The notes beneath the pieces were generated by a model that made no database searches, was not told where the DNA came from, and was given only the letters and a program-made list of their open reading frames with translations. From Halomonas sp. TA22 (GTDB taxonomy: Bacteria > Pseudomonadota > Gammaproteobacteria > Pseudomonadales > Halomonadaceae), in contig NZ_CP053108.1 of assembly GCF_013009075.1 (NCBI RefSeq), positions 2,776,517 to 2,808,516 of the forward strand: a DNA stretch of 32,000 nucleotides, read 5' to 3'. The translations under genes were made by a program, and so were the position numbers. This document shows positions 1 through 8,986 of this stretch, one piece after another. The number at the start of each line of letters is the position of its first letter. Positions within the stretch are counted from its first letter, which is position 1.

Positions 1-104
1 TGCTGCTCGGTGCCCAGGTGATCGCCGAACTCGAGCGCAGCGCCAGGGCCGGCGTGCCCTGGCATGTCAACCCGCGCCAGGCGGTGATCACCCGTGTGGA
101 CTAG
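1..104 (+). CDS. 3' end of an unidentified CDS that starts upstream of the window
   Basis: An open frame in phase with nt 3 reads LLGAQVIAELERSARAGVPWHVNPRQAVITRVD, then TAG at 102-104. Third codon positions are almost all G/C, as in neighbouring genes. It is too short to assign a family. Confidence 0.4.
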   Translation, partial: LLGAQVIAELERSARAGVPWHVNPRQAVITRVD

Positions 105-112
105 CCGAAGGA

Positions 113-337
113 TCAGCGGCGTTCCTGCGGCGATTGCCGGCGCAGACGCCGCCAAAGCGCAATCAGACTCTTGCCACTGATCATCCCCAGCACGTAGACC
201 AGCAACAGCAGCAGAGCGAGCGGCAACGAGACGCTCCAGGTCAGGAAGTTGGCCTCCACTACGCCGATGTTCTGCACGAACAGAATGATCACCACCAAGG
301 TGATCACGATCTTGAGTGTCAGGAGAAGCTTGTCCAT
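113..337 (-). CDS. Small inner-membrane protein, LapA/DUF1049-domain-like
   Basis: 74-aa ORF with ATG at 335-337. It has two hydrophobic helices (LKIVITLVVIILFV, LPLALLLLLVYVLGMI) and a basic tail (WRRLRRQSPQERR), the layout of LapA-domain proteins. The family call is from recalled pattern only. Confidence 0.55.
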   Translation of the reverse strand: MDKLLLTLKIVITLVVIILFVQNIGVVEANFLTWSVSLPLALLLLLVYVLGMISGKSLIALWRRLRRQSPQERR

Positions 338-379
338 GTGGCTCTCTCTTTGCCTTGCTCTTCTATCTTGTCGCTTCGC

Positions 380-985
380 TCAGACCAGCTGGTTGAACAC
401 CAGGACCAGCGTGCTCAGCGTGACCAGCATGGCGACCATCACCAGCAGCCCATCCTTGGCCATCAGCCCCAGCCCGAAGAGCGCCAGCGCCAGGCCAGCG
501 GCGTTGGCGCTGAAGGGCACCAGCTCCATGGGTGGCATGGCCAGGGCGATCAATACGCAGAAGATGGCGACGATCCGCACCCCCTTGTGGCTGAGCATCC
601 AGACCAGGCGATTCTTGAGCAGATAGTCGATGCCGCGTGCCGGCTTGCGCATCCAGCCCAGGGCCTTTGTGAACTTGTCACTGGCAATCGAGCGATTCAG
701 CATCAGCTTGGGAAGCCAGAAGTGATCGCGCGCCATCAGCAGTTGTACCGATACCAGCAGGATGATGGCGGCCGCCAACGTCGGCAGGCCGGGTATGCCG
801 CTGATCACCGGCGCCAGGGTGAGCAGGCCCGCCACCAGCAGCAGCGGGCCGAATGAGCGACGCCCCACCGCCTCGACGATATTGTCGATGCTCACCTCGT
901 CGCGCTCGGCACTCATCTCCTCGAGCAGGTCGAGCAGCGCCTCGAAGTTCTTGGGCGAATCGGTTGGCGCATCGTTTGAAGTCAT
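380..985 (-). CDS. ExoD-family (exopolysaccharide synthesis ExoD-like) membrane protein
   Basis: Track ORF 380..1123 is trimmed to ATG 983-985 (MTSNDAPTDSPKNFEALLDLLEE...). That ATG overlaps the stop of the upstream gene (ATGA at 982-985), and the 46 extra upstream codons are Arg/Ala/Pro-rich and lie inside that gene. A soluble N-terminus (VSIDNIVEAVGRRSFGPLLLV) followed by several TM helices matches ExoD-family architecture as I recall it. Confidence 0.7.
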   Translation of the reverse strand: MTSNDAPTDSPKNFEALLDLLEEMSAERDEVSIDNIVEAVGRRSFGPLLLVAGLLTLAPVISGIPGLPTLAAAIILLVSVQLLMARDHFWLPKLMLNRSIASDKFTKALGWMRKPARGIDYLLKNRLVWMLSHKGVRIVAIFCVLIALAMPPMELVPFSANAAGLALALFGLGLMAKDGLLVMVAMLVTLSTLVLVFNQLV

Positions 986-1443
986 TGCCTCTCCAGCCGC
1001 GACTGTACTTCCAGCTTGGCGCGAATGAAGTCGCTGTGGCCGACATGCAGCAGGTCCGACAGACGCCGGATGCGGTGCTCCTCCAGAGGGTCGAGCTCGC
1101 CATCGGCATAGGCGAGCTGCCACATCAGTTGCACCAGTTCATAGCGGGAGTCGTAGCCGTAGTGCTCCTTGATCAGGCTGACGAACTGGTAATGGTCCAC
1201 CGCCTCCTCCACTTCCTGTTGCGCCAGGCTCATCAACTCCTCGACCGCCTCGTCGGTCAGGTGATAACGGCGAACCAGCATCTCGCGCAGGGTAGCGAGC
1301 TCGGCGTCGCTGGTCTGGTAGTCGGCCCGCATCACCTCGCAAAGCAGCGCGGCGCTGGCCAACTCCAGCGTCAAGGGGCGATCTTGGCGGGTATCGGGTT
1401 CGGACAGGGCGCGCTGAAAGAATTGCTGAATCGAATCAAGCAT
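982..1443 (-). CDS. TerB-family (tellurite-resistance TerB / DjlA N-terminal-like) protein
   Basis: The ORF reads MLDSIQQFFQRAL...ASAALLCEVMRADYQTSDAELATLREML...VQLMWQLAYADGELDPLEEHRIRRLSDLL. The duplicated A-D-G/Y-x-x-x-x-E helical motif is typical of TerB-like domains. The ATG at 1441-1443 is preferred over the track TTG at 1446, with GGAGA 7 nt upstream. Confidence 0.65.
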   Translation of the reverse strand: MLDSIQQFFQRALSEPDTRQDRPLTLELASAALLCEVMRADYQTSDAELATLREMLVRRYHLTDEAVEELMSLAQQEVEEAVDHYQFVSLIKEHYGYDSRYELVQLMWQLAYADGELDPLEEHRIRRLSDLLHVGHSDFIRAKLEVQSRLERQ

Positions 1444-1499
1444 CAAGTGTTCTCCAAAGGCGTCCGACCTTCGACATTGATCAGACGTCTTGCGTTCGA

Positions 1500-2024
1500 T
1501 TATTCGCCCTCGCCCAGGCCCTGCTTTCTGTCGCGAGGCCTGACCTTGTCGATGACCACCTCGGGATGGTGACGGCGAATCACACGCTTGAGCTCCTCCT
1601 CCCGCTCATCCTCGACATCGACCATCATCAGCATATTGCCCCGCCGCATGGACTTCTCGAACTGGCTCACTTTCACGTCACGCACCGAAACCCCAATCAT
1701 TGCGCTGGACCAGAGCCCGAAGGCCCCACCGAAAATCCCCATCCCGATGGCCAATAGAAAGATATTGGTATCGGCCATGATGAAATGGATGATGATGCCC
1801 AGCACCACGCCCATTGCCGCACCGAGCACCACACCTCGCTTTGACGCTTTGGCCACATCAGAGGTCTGGCGCAGCGTGGCATTGGGTAGCCCCTCCCGCT
1901 CCAGCGGCTTCCAGTCTTTGCCAACGATATGCATCTCCTCCTTGCTCAGGCCCATGTCGCTGAGTTCGTGGGCGATCTCTCTGGTAACGTTTTTGTCCGG
2001 CGTAAGAAAGTAGAGGCGTTGCAT
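1500..2024 (-). CDS. Conserved two-TM membrane protein of unknown function
   Basis: 174-aa ORF with ATG 2022-2024 and GGGAG upstream. The N-terminus is soluble (MQRLYFLTPDKNVTREIAHEL...). It has two Gly-rich TM helices (GVVLGAAMGVVLGIIIHFI and LLAIGMGIFGGAFGLWSSAMIGV) and a charged C-terminal domain. Codon bias is as in neighbouring genes. I do not recognise a named family with confidence. Confidence 0.6.
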   Translation of the reverse strand: MQRLYFLTPDKNVTREIAHELSDMGLSKEEMHIVGKDWKPLEREGLPNATLRQTSDVAKASKRGVVLGAAMGVVLGIIIHFIMADTNIFLLAIGMGIFGGAFGLWSSAMIGVSVRDVKVSQFEKSMRRGNMLMMVDVEDEREEELKRVIRRHHPEVVIDKVRPRDRKQGLGEGE

Positions 2025-2155
2025 GGGTCGCTCCCGAAGCTGAGTGTTGTTGGTGTTATTGCTGTCGTGATGCTGCGCTGCTCGTTACAGCGTTGCCGAT
2101 GTTGGCGATTACGGCAAGCTGAGCACATAGCGCCGGGAATGGCGGCGCGCCGGAT

Positions 2156-2913
2156 TCAAGGTTTGAGGCGGTAGCCAGTCTTGAAGATAAATCCAACCGC
2201 CGCCAGGCAGATCGCCAGAAACAGCAGAATCATGCCAAGACTCGCGATCACGCTGACATCGCTGATGCCATAGAAGCTCCAGCGAAATCCGCTGACCAGA
2301 TAGAGCACCGGATTGAATAGCGTCAACGCCTGCCAAAACGGTGGCAGCATGTCGATCGAATAGAAGCTGCCGCCGAGGAAGGTCAATGGGGTGATGATCA
2401 GTAGCGGTACCAGTTGCAGCTTTTCGAAGCCGTCGGCCCAGATGCCGATGATGAACCCCAGCAGGCTGAAGGTGATGGCGGTGAGCACCAGAAACAACAG
2501 CATCCACACCGGATGCGCCACCTCCAGCGGTACGAAGAAGCCCGCCGTAGCCAGAATGATCAAGCCGAGCAGCACGGATTTGGTCGCCGCCGCCCCAACA
2601 TAGCCCAGCACGATCTCGAAATAGGAGATCGGCGCCGAGAGCAATTCGTAGATCGATCCCGAGAACTTGGGAAAGAAGATGCCGAAGGAGGCATTCGAGA
2701 CGCTTTGCGTCAGCAGCATCAGCATGATCAGTCCGGGCACGATGAAGGCTCCGTAACTGACCCCCTCAATCTCGCTGATGCGCGAGCCAATGGCGGCGCC
2801 AAACACCACGAAATAGAGCGAGGTCGAGATGACCGGCGACACGACGCTCTGCAGCAGGGTTCGCCTGATACGCGCCATCTCGGCACCATAAATGGCGAGA
2901 ACCGGACGGTAAT

Positions 2914-2917
<4 letters not shown>
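2156..2917 (-). CDS. yadH: ABC-2 type transporter permease (YadH-like)
   Basis: 253-aa polytopic membrane protein. Its start overlaps the stop of the ATPase gene (ATGA at 2914-2917). The sequence ([29 protein letters not shown]...) is typical of ABC-2 permeases paired with YadG-type ATPases. Confidence 0.8.
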
Positions 2918-3909
<992 letters not shown>

Positions 3910-4009
3910 CGACAGTGATCCATGCGCAAAGGTGACACGACATGCGGTTCTGCAGCGCAATCGCGCCGCGGCATTCATGGCCGTACTGAGTGCACGGCCA
4001 TGGCAGGCG

Positions 4010-4288
4010 TTACGAGCGGCTGGTGATTTCGAGTAGATGGTAGCCGAACTGGGTCTTGACCGGTCCATGTACCTTGTTCAGCTCACCGCTGAACACCACT
4101 TCATCGAATTCGCGAACCATCTGACCCGGTCCGAAACTGCCGAGATCCCCGCCGCGACGGCCGGATGGGCAGCTGGAGTGCTCCTTGGCCACCTCGGCGA
4201 AGTCCTTGCCGTTCTCGATCTCTTGCTTGAGGGTTCCACACTTGGCTTCACTGTCGACCAGAATGTGACGCGCGGTTGCCTTGGCCAT
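4010..4288 (-). CDS. ppiC: Parvulin-type peptidyl-prolyl cis-trans isomerase C
   Basis: 92 aa reading [11 protein letters not shown]...[27 protein letters not shown]...[14 protein letters not shown], a full-length single-domain parvulin pattern. AGGAGA lies upstream of ATG 4286-4288. Confidence 0.9.
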   Translation of the reverse strand: MAKATARHILVDSEAKCGTLKQEIENGKDFAEVAKEHSSCPSGRRGGDLGSFGPGQMVREFDEVVFSGELNKVHGPVKTQFGYHLLEITSRS

Positions 4289-4385
4289 GACGTTCTCCTG
4301 AGTAGGCGTGCTTCGTTGATAATGGCCTCATAGCTTACCACGCTCAGTGGCCAGCATGCCGCTACCGGCACGCTCGGATGTCGCG

Positions 4386-5537
4386 CTAAGGCCGCCCCGT
4401 CACCCCGGAGCTCCTCACCGCTGCGCCGATCTCGGCCAGCGCCTGCTCGGCGCGTCCCCCCGACAGCGGACCACGGGTGCAGGTGACAATGACCACTCGC
4501 GGCGGCGGCTCCTGCAAAGCAGGGGGCGAGAGACCCATCGGCGCGATATCCTGGGTCAGGATACCCGCATCGCAGATGCGGCGATGCTGGGTCCCGGTCT
4601 TATGGGCGAAGCTCAGCTCGCCTGGCAGCCCCAGCTTCAGGCGGCGCTCGCCAGAGCGCGTACGTCGCATGATCGAGAGCAGCTCCGCCGTGCTTGCGGG
4701 TGATAGTGCCCGCCCCTTGCTGAGCGAAGCGAGCATTTCGCCGAAGGCGCTCAACTGACCGCCATTGAGCCCAGTGGCCTCATAGGCATCGAAGGCCTGA
4801 TCCATGTCCGCCATCTGCAGCGCATCACGGCTCACCCCTAGGCGGATGCGAAACGCTTCGATACGCTGCGCCATGTTGCCGGCCTGGCGCAGTGCAATGA
4901 AATCCCGCCCGCTGAGCTCGAAGGCGCGAGGGTGCATGGCGCCATACAGATGACGTCTTACATCCACCAGAGTAGTGATCTCGCCCAAGCGCTCATGCGC
5001 TTGCTCCTCCGATGACGATATCAACGACCGAGCACGGCGATTGATCGCCTCGAGCCCGACATGGTGTATCAGCATATCCGAGGCGGTGTTGTCGCTGACG
5101 GTGAGCATCTGCTCAAGAAGGAACTCGACCAGCAGCGGCGTACCGGGAGCCTGCCAGTTGGTCTGACCGGCCCCATCCACGTAATCGCTTTGCCGGAGCA
5201 CCAGAGAATCATCGAGCGCCAGCTCACCACGCTCGATGCGGGCGAACACCTCGATGGCCACCGGCACCTTGATCAACGAGGCCAGATACCACCACTCATC
5301 CCCGCGCCAGGAGTAGCTCTCGTCGGTATTGAGATCCTGCACATAGACGCCGAACTCCCCGGGAAAGCCGGCCTCCAGCTCGGCCAGGCGTGTCTCCAGC
5401 GTACTTTTCCAGGTGACAGGAGCCTCCTCGTAGAGGCTCGCCGGTGCTGCTTGGCCAGGCGTGGCCGCCACGACCGTCACAGGAGGCAGCCAGGTCAGTG
5501 CCAACATGAGCACGGGAGCGAAGAAACAGCATTTCAT
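4386..5537 (-). CDS. Secreted serine hydrolase with class-A beta-lactamase/PBP fold (atypically long)
   Basis: Track ORF 4386..5861 is trimmed to ATG 5535-5537 (MKCCFFAPVLMLALTWLPPVTVVAATPGQA, signal-peptide-like), which overlaps the upstream stop (ATGA 5534-5537). Active-site motifs are S-x-x-K (ASLIK), S-D-N (VSDNTASD) and K-T-G (HKTGTQ). It is 383 aa, with extra sequence between SDN and KTG. Confidence 0.75.
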   Translation of the reverse strand: MKCCFFAPVLMLALTWLPPVTVVAATPGQAAPASLYEEAPVTWKSTLETRLAELEAGFPGEFGVYVQDLNTDESYSWRGDEWWYLASLIKVPVAIEVFARIERGELALDDSLVLRQSDYVDGAGQTNWQAPGTPLLVEFLLEQMLTVSDNTASDMLIHHVGLEAINRRARSLISSSEEQAHERLGEITTLVDVRRHLYGAMHPRAFELSGRDFIALRQAGNMAQRIEAFRIRLGVSRDALQMADMDQAFDAYEATGLNGGQLSAFGEMLASLSKGRALSPASTAELLSIMRRTRSGERRLKLGLPGELSFAHKTGTQHRRICDAGILTQDIAPMGLSPPALQEPPPRVVIVTCTRGPLSGGRAEQALAEIGAAVRSSGVTGRP

Positions 5538-6673
5538 GAGCGCGCTTCGATCCAGGCGGTGAGTTTGATCCATGCAGCCGTTGCCAGAATCAGTAGCCCG
5601 CCGATACCGAGCACCTGCGGATAGCTGAAGGCCTGCCAGTAGCCGAGCAGAAACCTCAGGATCAAGAAAATTACCACGATATGGAAGATGAAGGCCTTCA
5701 GGGCATCCGAGCCGACGATCGTGATGGGGCGCAACCAACGCGCCAGACGCTCGCCCCCGAGCAGTGCCAGAGCCAGGATCACCAGTGCGCCTCCCACGCT
5801 GAACAGCATGAAGCGCAGCTCCGGGGGATGTTTTCCGATATTGCGCGCCACCGCCAGCCACTGCTCGTCCAACTGCGCAGCGGAGAGTGCCAGGAAGCCC
5901 AGCAGCATCGTCACACCCATGCCACCAATCGCCAACACCAGTCGACGTCTGAATGGTGGCTGCCAGTAGCAGCGCAATACCGCCTCGCCAAGTAGCAAGC
6001 CGGCGAAGATCAATGGCGCGCGGCTCAGCTGGCCCCAGGTGTAGTGGTCGGGATGATCGACCAGCAGTGCCTGCAAAAGCGGATTGCCCCAGAAGTGGAA
6101 ATGCTCAAGCAACAGCCAGGCAAGCCCGGTCATCACGCCGATGCTCAACAGCCGTGACCAGAGCGGCGCCCTCATCCATAGCGGCAGAATCAGGGGCACC
6201 CACAACAGAGCGATGGCGTAGAAGCCGAGAATTTCCACCCAGATCGCGAAACGCTGATAGAGCAGCGTGTCGAGAATATCCCCCGGACCATAAAGGGGAA
6301 GCATCTCGATCACCGTCAGCGCCTTGTACCAGAACAGTACCACCAGCGCTCTTACCCATAGCTTCAGCCGGCGGCGTGGCCAGCTTTCACTGCCCACATG
6401 GGGCAGAAAGGCCACCGCCAACGCGATACCGAACACCAGAATGAACAGCGATGAGGAGAACTTGGTTACCAGATGAATCGGCACCATGCCCCAATCGGGC
6501 ACCAGTGACAGCCCAAGCAACCCCGTCACGGTATGGCTGAGGATCATCAGTGCGATGGCGACACCACGTGCCAGGTCAATGGCCTCGATTCGCCCCTGTC
6601 CTTTGGGCAACTGTGGCGCTTGCCTTAACAGCGCCATGCCCATCATGCCATCCGCTCGCCTCTCTTCATCCAT
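5534..6673 (-). CDS. DUF1624 / HGSNAT-like transmembrane acyltransferase-family protein
   Basis: 379-aa protein with about 10 TM helices. The N-terminal signature RIEAIDLARGVAIALMILSHT (R-x-x-x-x-D-x-x-R-G...H) is characteristic of DUF1624 as I recall it. GAGGG lies 9 nt upstream of ATG 6671-6673. An internal start at MMGMALL is possible. Confidence 0.65.
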   Translation of the reverse strand: MDEERRADGMMGMALLRQAPQLPKGQGRIEAIDLARGVAIALMILSHTVTGLLGLSLVPDWGMVPIHLVTKFSSSLFILVFGIALAVAFLPHVGSESWPRRRLKLWVRALVVLFWYKALTVIEMLPLYGPGDILDTLLYQRFAIWVEILGFYAIALLWVPLILPLWMRAPLWSRLLSIGVMTGLAWLLLEHFHFWGNPLLQALLVDHPDHYTWGQLSRAPLIFAGLLLGEAVLRCYWQPPFRRRLVLAIGGMGVTMLLGFLALSAAQLDEQWLAVARNIGKHPPELRFMLFSVGGALVILALALLGGERLARWLRPITIVGSDALKAFIFHIVVIFLILRFLLGYWQAFSYPQVLGIGGLLILATAAWIKLTAWIEARS

Positions 6674-6707
6674 GTCATGTCGCCCTCATCGCACGGCTTG
6701 ATTGCGG

Positions 6708-7820
6708 CTAATGGAGAAAGGTGAGCCATGCGCTCACCTTGCCCGACGCCTGCACGCGTAATTTATGACCAACAGGTCGCCGCTCCCACGTATGCTCCTG
6801 CACTTCTTTACTTTCGTCGAGCTGAGTCTCGAATAGCTCAGCGAGCTCCGCCACGAAGCGGTCATTTTCCACCTCCTGGTTGGCTTCCAGGTTCCAGCGC
6901 AGGCTCCAGTGGTCGAAATTGCATGAACCAAGCGTGCACCACTCATCGACGATCGCGTACTTGGCATGAGTGAACCGGGCCTGGTACTCATGGATTTTTA
7001 CCCCGGCACGCAGCAGAGGCGCATAGTAGGATTGGCCTGCATAACGCACGCTGGGGTGATCGTGACACTTGCCCGCCACCAGCAGGCGAACATCCACCCC
7101 CCGCTTGGCCGCGGCGATGAGGCTACGGCGCAGGCTGCGTGTGGGCAGGAAATAGGGAGTACATAGCCAGGCGCGCCGGGACGCGGAAGCGATACGCTGC
7201 TGCAGGGAGTAACGAATCGACTGCTCGCGATGACCATGTCCCCAGAGCACACGGCCACGCATGTCACCCGCATGCTCTTGGTCGAGCCGGGAACTGGCCG
7301 TACCAACCTCGTCCTCCCCGGTCAGCCGCGTCAAGGGGGAGTGGCAAAGCGACATGAACAATGCATGCCACTCTTCGACTACCGGCCCTTCGGCTCGCAT
7401 CGCCAGATCGAACCAATCAAGCGTCTCGTCGGAGATACAGTAGCCCCCGCAGTAGGCCCGCTTGCGGTCCACCAGCAGTAGCTTGCGATGATTGCGTGTG
7501 AGGTTGCCATGAAGCCGCCCGACCGAGAAGGGGTTGAATACGTAGAGAAGCACGCCTGCCGCTCTCAGGCGTTCGCGATCTCGCGAGATAAAATCCTTCG
7601 ACCCCACTCCATCGAGCAGCACCCTGACCAGCACGCCCCGCTTGGCTGCGCGTATCAGCGCCGCGACAAAGCGCTCGGCAAGCTGCCCTGAGCTCATCAG
7701 GTACTGCTCGAACAGCACCGACTCTTTGGCCTCATCGATGGCCGATAGCATCTCGGGGACATAGCAGCCATGCCCCGGTAACAGCGTAAAAAGATTCCCG
7801 TCGCGCCATCCTTTGCGCAT
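6708..7820 (-). CDS. clsB: Phospholipase-D-family phospholipid synthase, ClsB-type cardiolipin synthase-like
   Basis: It has two HKD motifs: NHRKLLLVD...GG and THAKYAIVDEWCTLGSCNFD. There is no N-terminal TM helix. The N-terminus MRKGWRDGNLFTLLPGHGCYVPEMLSAIDEAKESV resembles ClsB (YbhO)-type enzymes as I recall them. A strong SD (AAGGAGGG) precedes ATG 7818-7820. Confidence 0.7.
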   Translation of the reverse strand: MRKGWRDGNLFTLLPGHGCYVPEMLSAIDEAKESVLFEQYLMSSGQLAERFVAALIRAAKRGVLVRVLLDGVGSKDFISRDRERLRAAGVLLYVFNPFSVGRLHGNLTRNHRKLLLVDRKRAYCGGYCISDETLDWFDLAMRAEGPVVEEWHALFMSLCHSPLTRLTGEDEVGTASSRLDQEHAGDMRGRVLWGHGHREQSIRYSLQQRIASASRRAWLCTPYFLPTRSLRRSLIAAAKRGVDVRLLVAGKCHDHPSVRYAGQSYYAPLLRAGVKIHEYQARFTHAKYAIVDEWCTLGSCNFDHWSLRWNLEANQEVENDRFVAELAELFETQLDESKEVQEHTWERRPVGHKLRVQASGKVSAWLTFLH

Positions 7821-7869
7821 TATCGCCCTCCTTGGCTAGGTTGCTTTCATTGAGACATAAACGGCGTCT

Positions 7870-8034
7870 TCATTTCCAACGCCTCTCGCAGTAGGAACCG
7901 GCGTTTTCGGTTCGCACTTCGGGGTTGGCCGGACGCTCGCCACCTACCCGCAGGATGTCGGGATTGTCGGAGGTGTAACGCGGAGCGATAGTGTTGCTGG
8001 CACAGCCGGCTGCCAGGGCAGCGAAAAGCATCAT
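7870..8034 (-). CDS. Candidate small lipoprotein (54 aa), not in the ORF track
   Basis: My own translation is MMLFAALAAGCASNTIAPRYTSDNPDILRVGGERPANPEVRTENAGSYCERRWK*. It has a lipobox-like LAAGC after a short hydrophobic stretch, and G/C at the third position in about two-thirds of codons. Weaknesses: no charged n-region and no clear SD. It competes with the Arg-rich track ORF 7847..8074 in another frame. Confidence 0.25.
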   Translation of the reverse strand: MMLFAALAAGCASNTIAPRYTSDNPDILRVGGERPANPEVRTENAGSYCERRWK

Positions 8035-8136
8035 CCGAGGCGTTCAGATACCTCACAAATAGCCGTCGCGACAATAGCCCTGAGCCATCACTGTGAGTAA
8101 AATCGGCGCTCTAATCAATGAATATGGGATAGCACG

Positions 8137-8853
8137 ATGGGCAGGGCCTTCCAGAACCGCAAGGAATCCATGGCCAAGACGGCCGCCGCCAAGACCAAGG
8201 TTTACAGCAAGTATGGTCGCGAGATCTATGTATGCGCCAAGTCCGGCGGCGTCGATCCCTCCGGCAATCTCACCCTGCGCGGATTGATCGAGCGTGCCAA
8301 GAAGGATCAGGTGCCCTCGCACGTAATCGACAAGGCACTCGACAAGGCCAGTGGCGTGGGCGGAGAGGACTTCGCCACCGCCCGCTACGAAGGCTTCGGC
8401 CCGGGCAACTGCATGGTGATCGTCGACTGCCTGACCGACAACCCCAACCGCACCTTCGGCGATGTGCGCGCCTGCTTCACCAAGACCAAATGCAAGATCG
8501 GTACGCCAGGTAGCGTCAGCCACATGTTCGATCACTGCGCAATTCTCGCCTTTGCCGGTCAGGACGAAGAGGCGGTACTCGAAGCACTGATGGAAGCCGA
8601 TGCCGATGTCACCGACATCGAGAACGAAGAGGGCCAGCTTACCGTGTTCGCCCCGCATACCGAGTATGCCAAGGCCAAGCAGGCATTGATCGACGCCTTT
8701 GGCGATCTCGACTTCACCATCGATGAGATCCAGTTCCTGCCCCAGACCACGACGCCGGTCGAGGGCGAGGACGTGGCCATGTTCGAGAAGTTCATCGACA
8801 TGCTCAACGAACTCGACGACGTTCAGAACGTCTACCACAACGCTGAGCTTTGA
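8137..8853 (+). CDS. YebC/PmpR-family DNA-binding transcriptional regulator
   Basis: 238 aa reading [73 protein letters not shown]..., a full-length YebC/PmpR (DUF28) pattern. The 261-aa antisense ORF 8053..8838 is a shadow. Confidence 0.9.
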   Translation: MGRAFQNRKESMAKTAAAKTKVYSKYGREIYVCAKSGGVDPSGNLTLRGLIERAKKDQVPSHVIDKALDKASGVGGEDFATARYEGFGPGNCMVIVDCLTDNPNRTFGDVRACFTKTKCKIGTPGSVSHMFDHCAILAFAGQDEEAVLEALMEADADVTDIENEEGQLTVFAPHTEYAKAKQALIDAFGDLDFTIDEIQFLPQTTTPVEGEDVAMFEKFIDMLNELDDVQNVYHNAEL

Positions 8854-8862
8854 AACGACACG

Positions 8863-8955
8863 CTAGCCTGCCAGGCCCATGGCCACCAGTAGGGCGATGA
8901 GCGTCAGCAGGATCGAGATGACAACCCCGATACGGCGAGCGTAGAGATGTATCAT
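8863..8955 (-). CDS. Candidate 30-aa hydrophobic membrane micropeptide downstream of the NOX-like gene
   Basis: My own translation is MIHLYARRIGVVISILLTLIALLVAMGLAG*. AGGAG (complement of 8962-8966) lies 6 nt upstream of ATG 8953-8955. 24 of 30 third positions are G/C, like real genes here. It starts 31 nt after the stop of the upstream gene on the same strand. Confidence 0.4.
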   Translation of the reverse strand: MIHLYARRIGVVISILLTLIALLVAMGLAG

Positions 8956-8986
8956 GAGCCGCTCCTGTTTGGTTGTGCCCTTCACT

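Noticed and set aside
134-856. 240-aa His/Gln/Asp-rich plus-strand ORF (and 853..1572) opposite the LapA-, ExoD- and TerB-like genes
   Set aside because: Its composition is extreme and repetitive (HHQGDHD, QQQQQ), consistent with reading hydrophobic-codon genes backwards. The minus-strand genes have coherent membrane topology and coupling.
4386-5861. N-terminal extensions of track ORFs (4386..5861, 2914..4068, 380..1123, 21039..22112, 23644..24912)
   Set aside because: In each case the extension overlaps the upstream gene or spacer, is Arg/Pro/Ala-rich, and precedes an internal ATG that has an SD or an ATGA overlap and a sensible N-terminus (signal peptide, Walker A context or Rossmann fold). 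I used the internal starts.
7847-8074. 75-aa minus-strand ORF in the clsB / yebC-family spacer
   Set aside because: The product is Arg-rich (MSRRLFVRYLNASDDAFRCPGSRLCQQHYRS...) with no features. Another frame gives a more protein-like lipobox ORF, which is itself only weakly supported.
8053-8838. 261-aa minus-strand ORF covering the whole YebC/PmpR-family gene
   Set aside because: It is exactly antisense to a gene with a clear full-length family pattern. The product is Gly/Ala/Val/His-rich with no motifs. This is the typical shadow ORF of high-G+C DNA.
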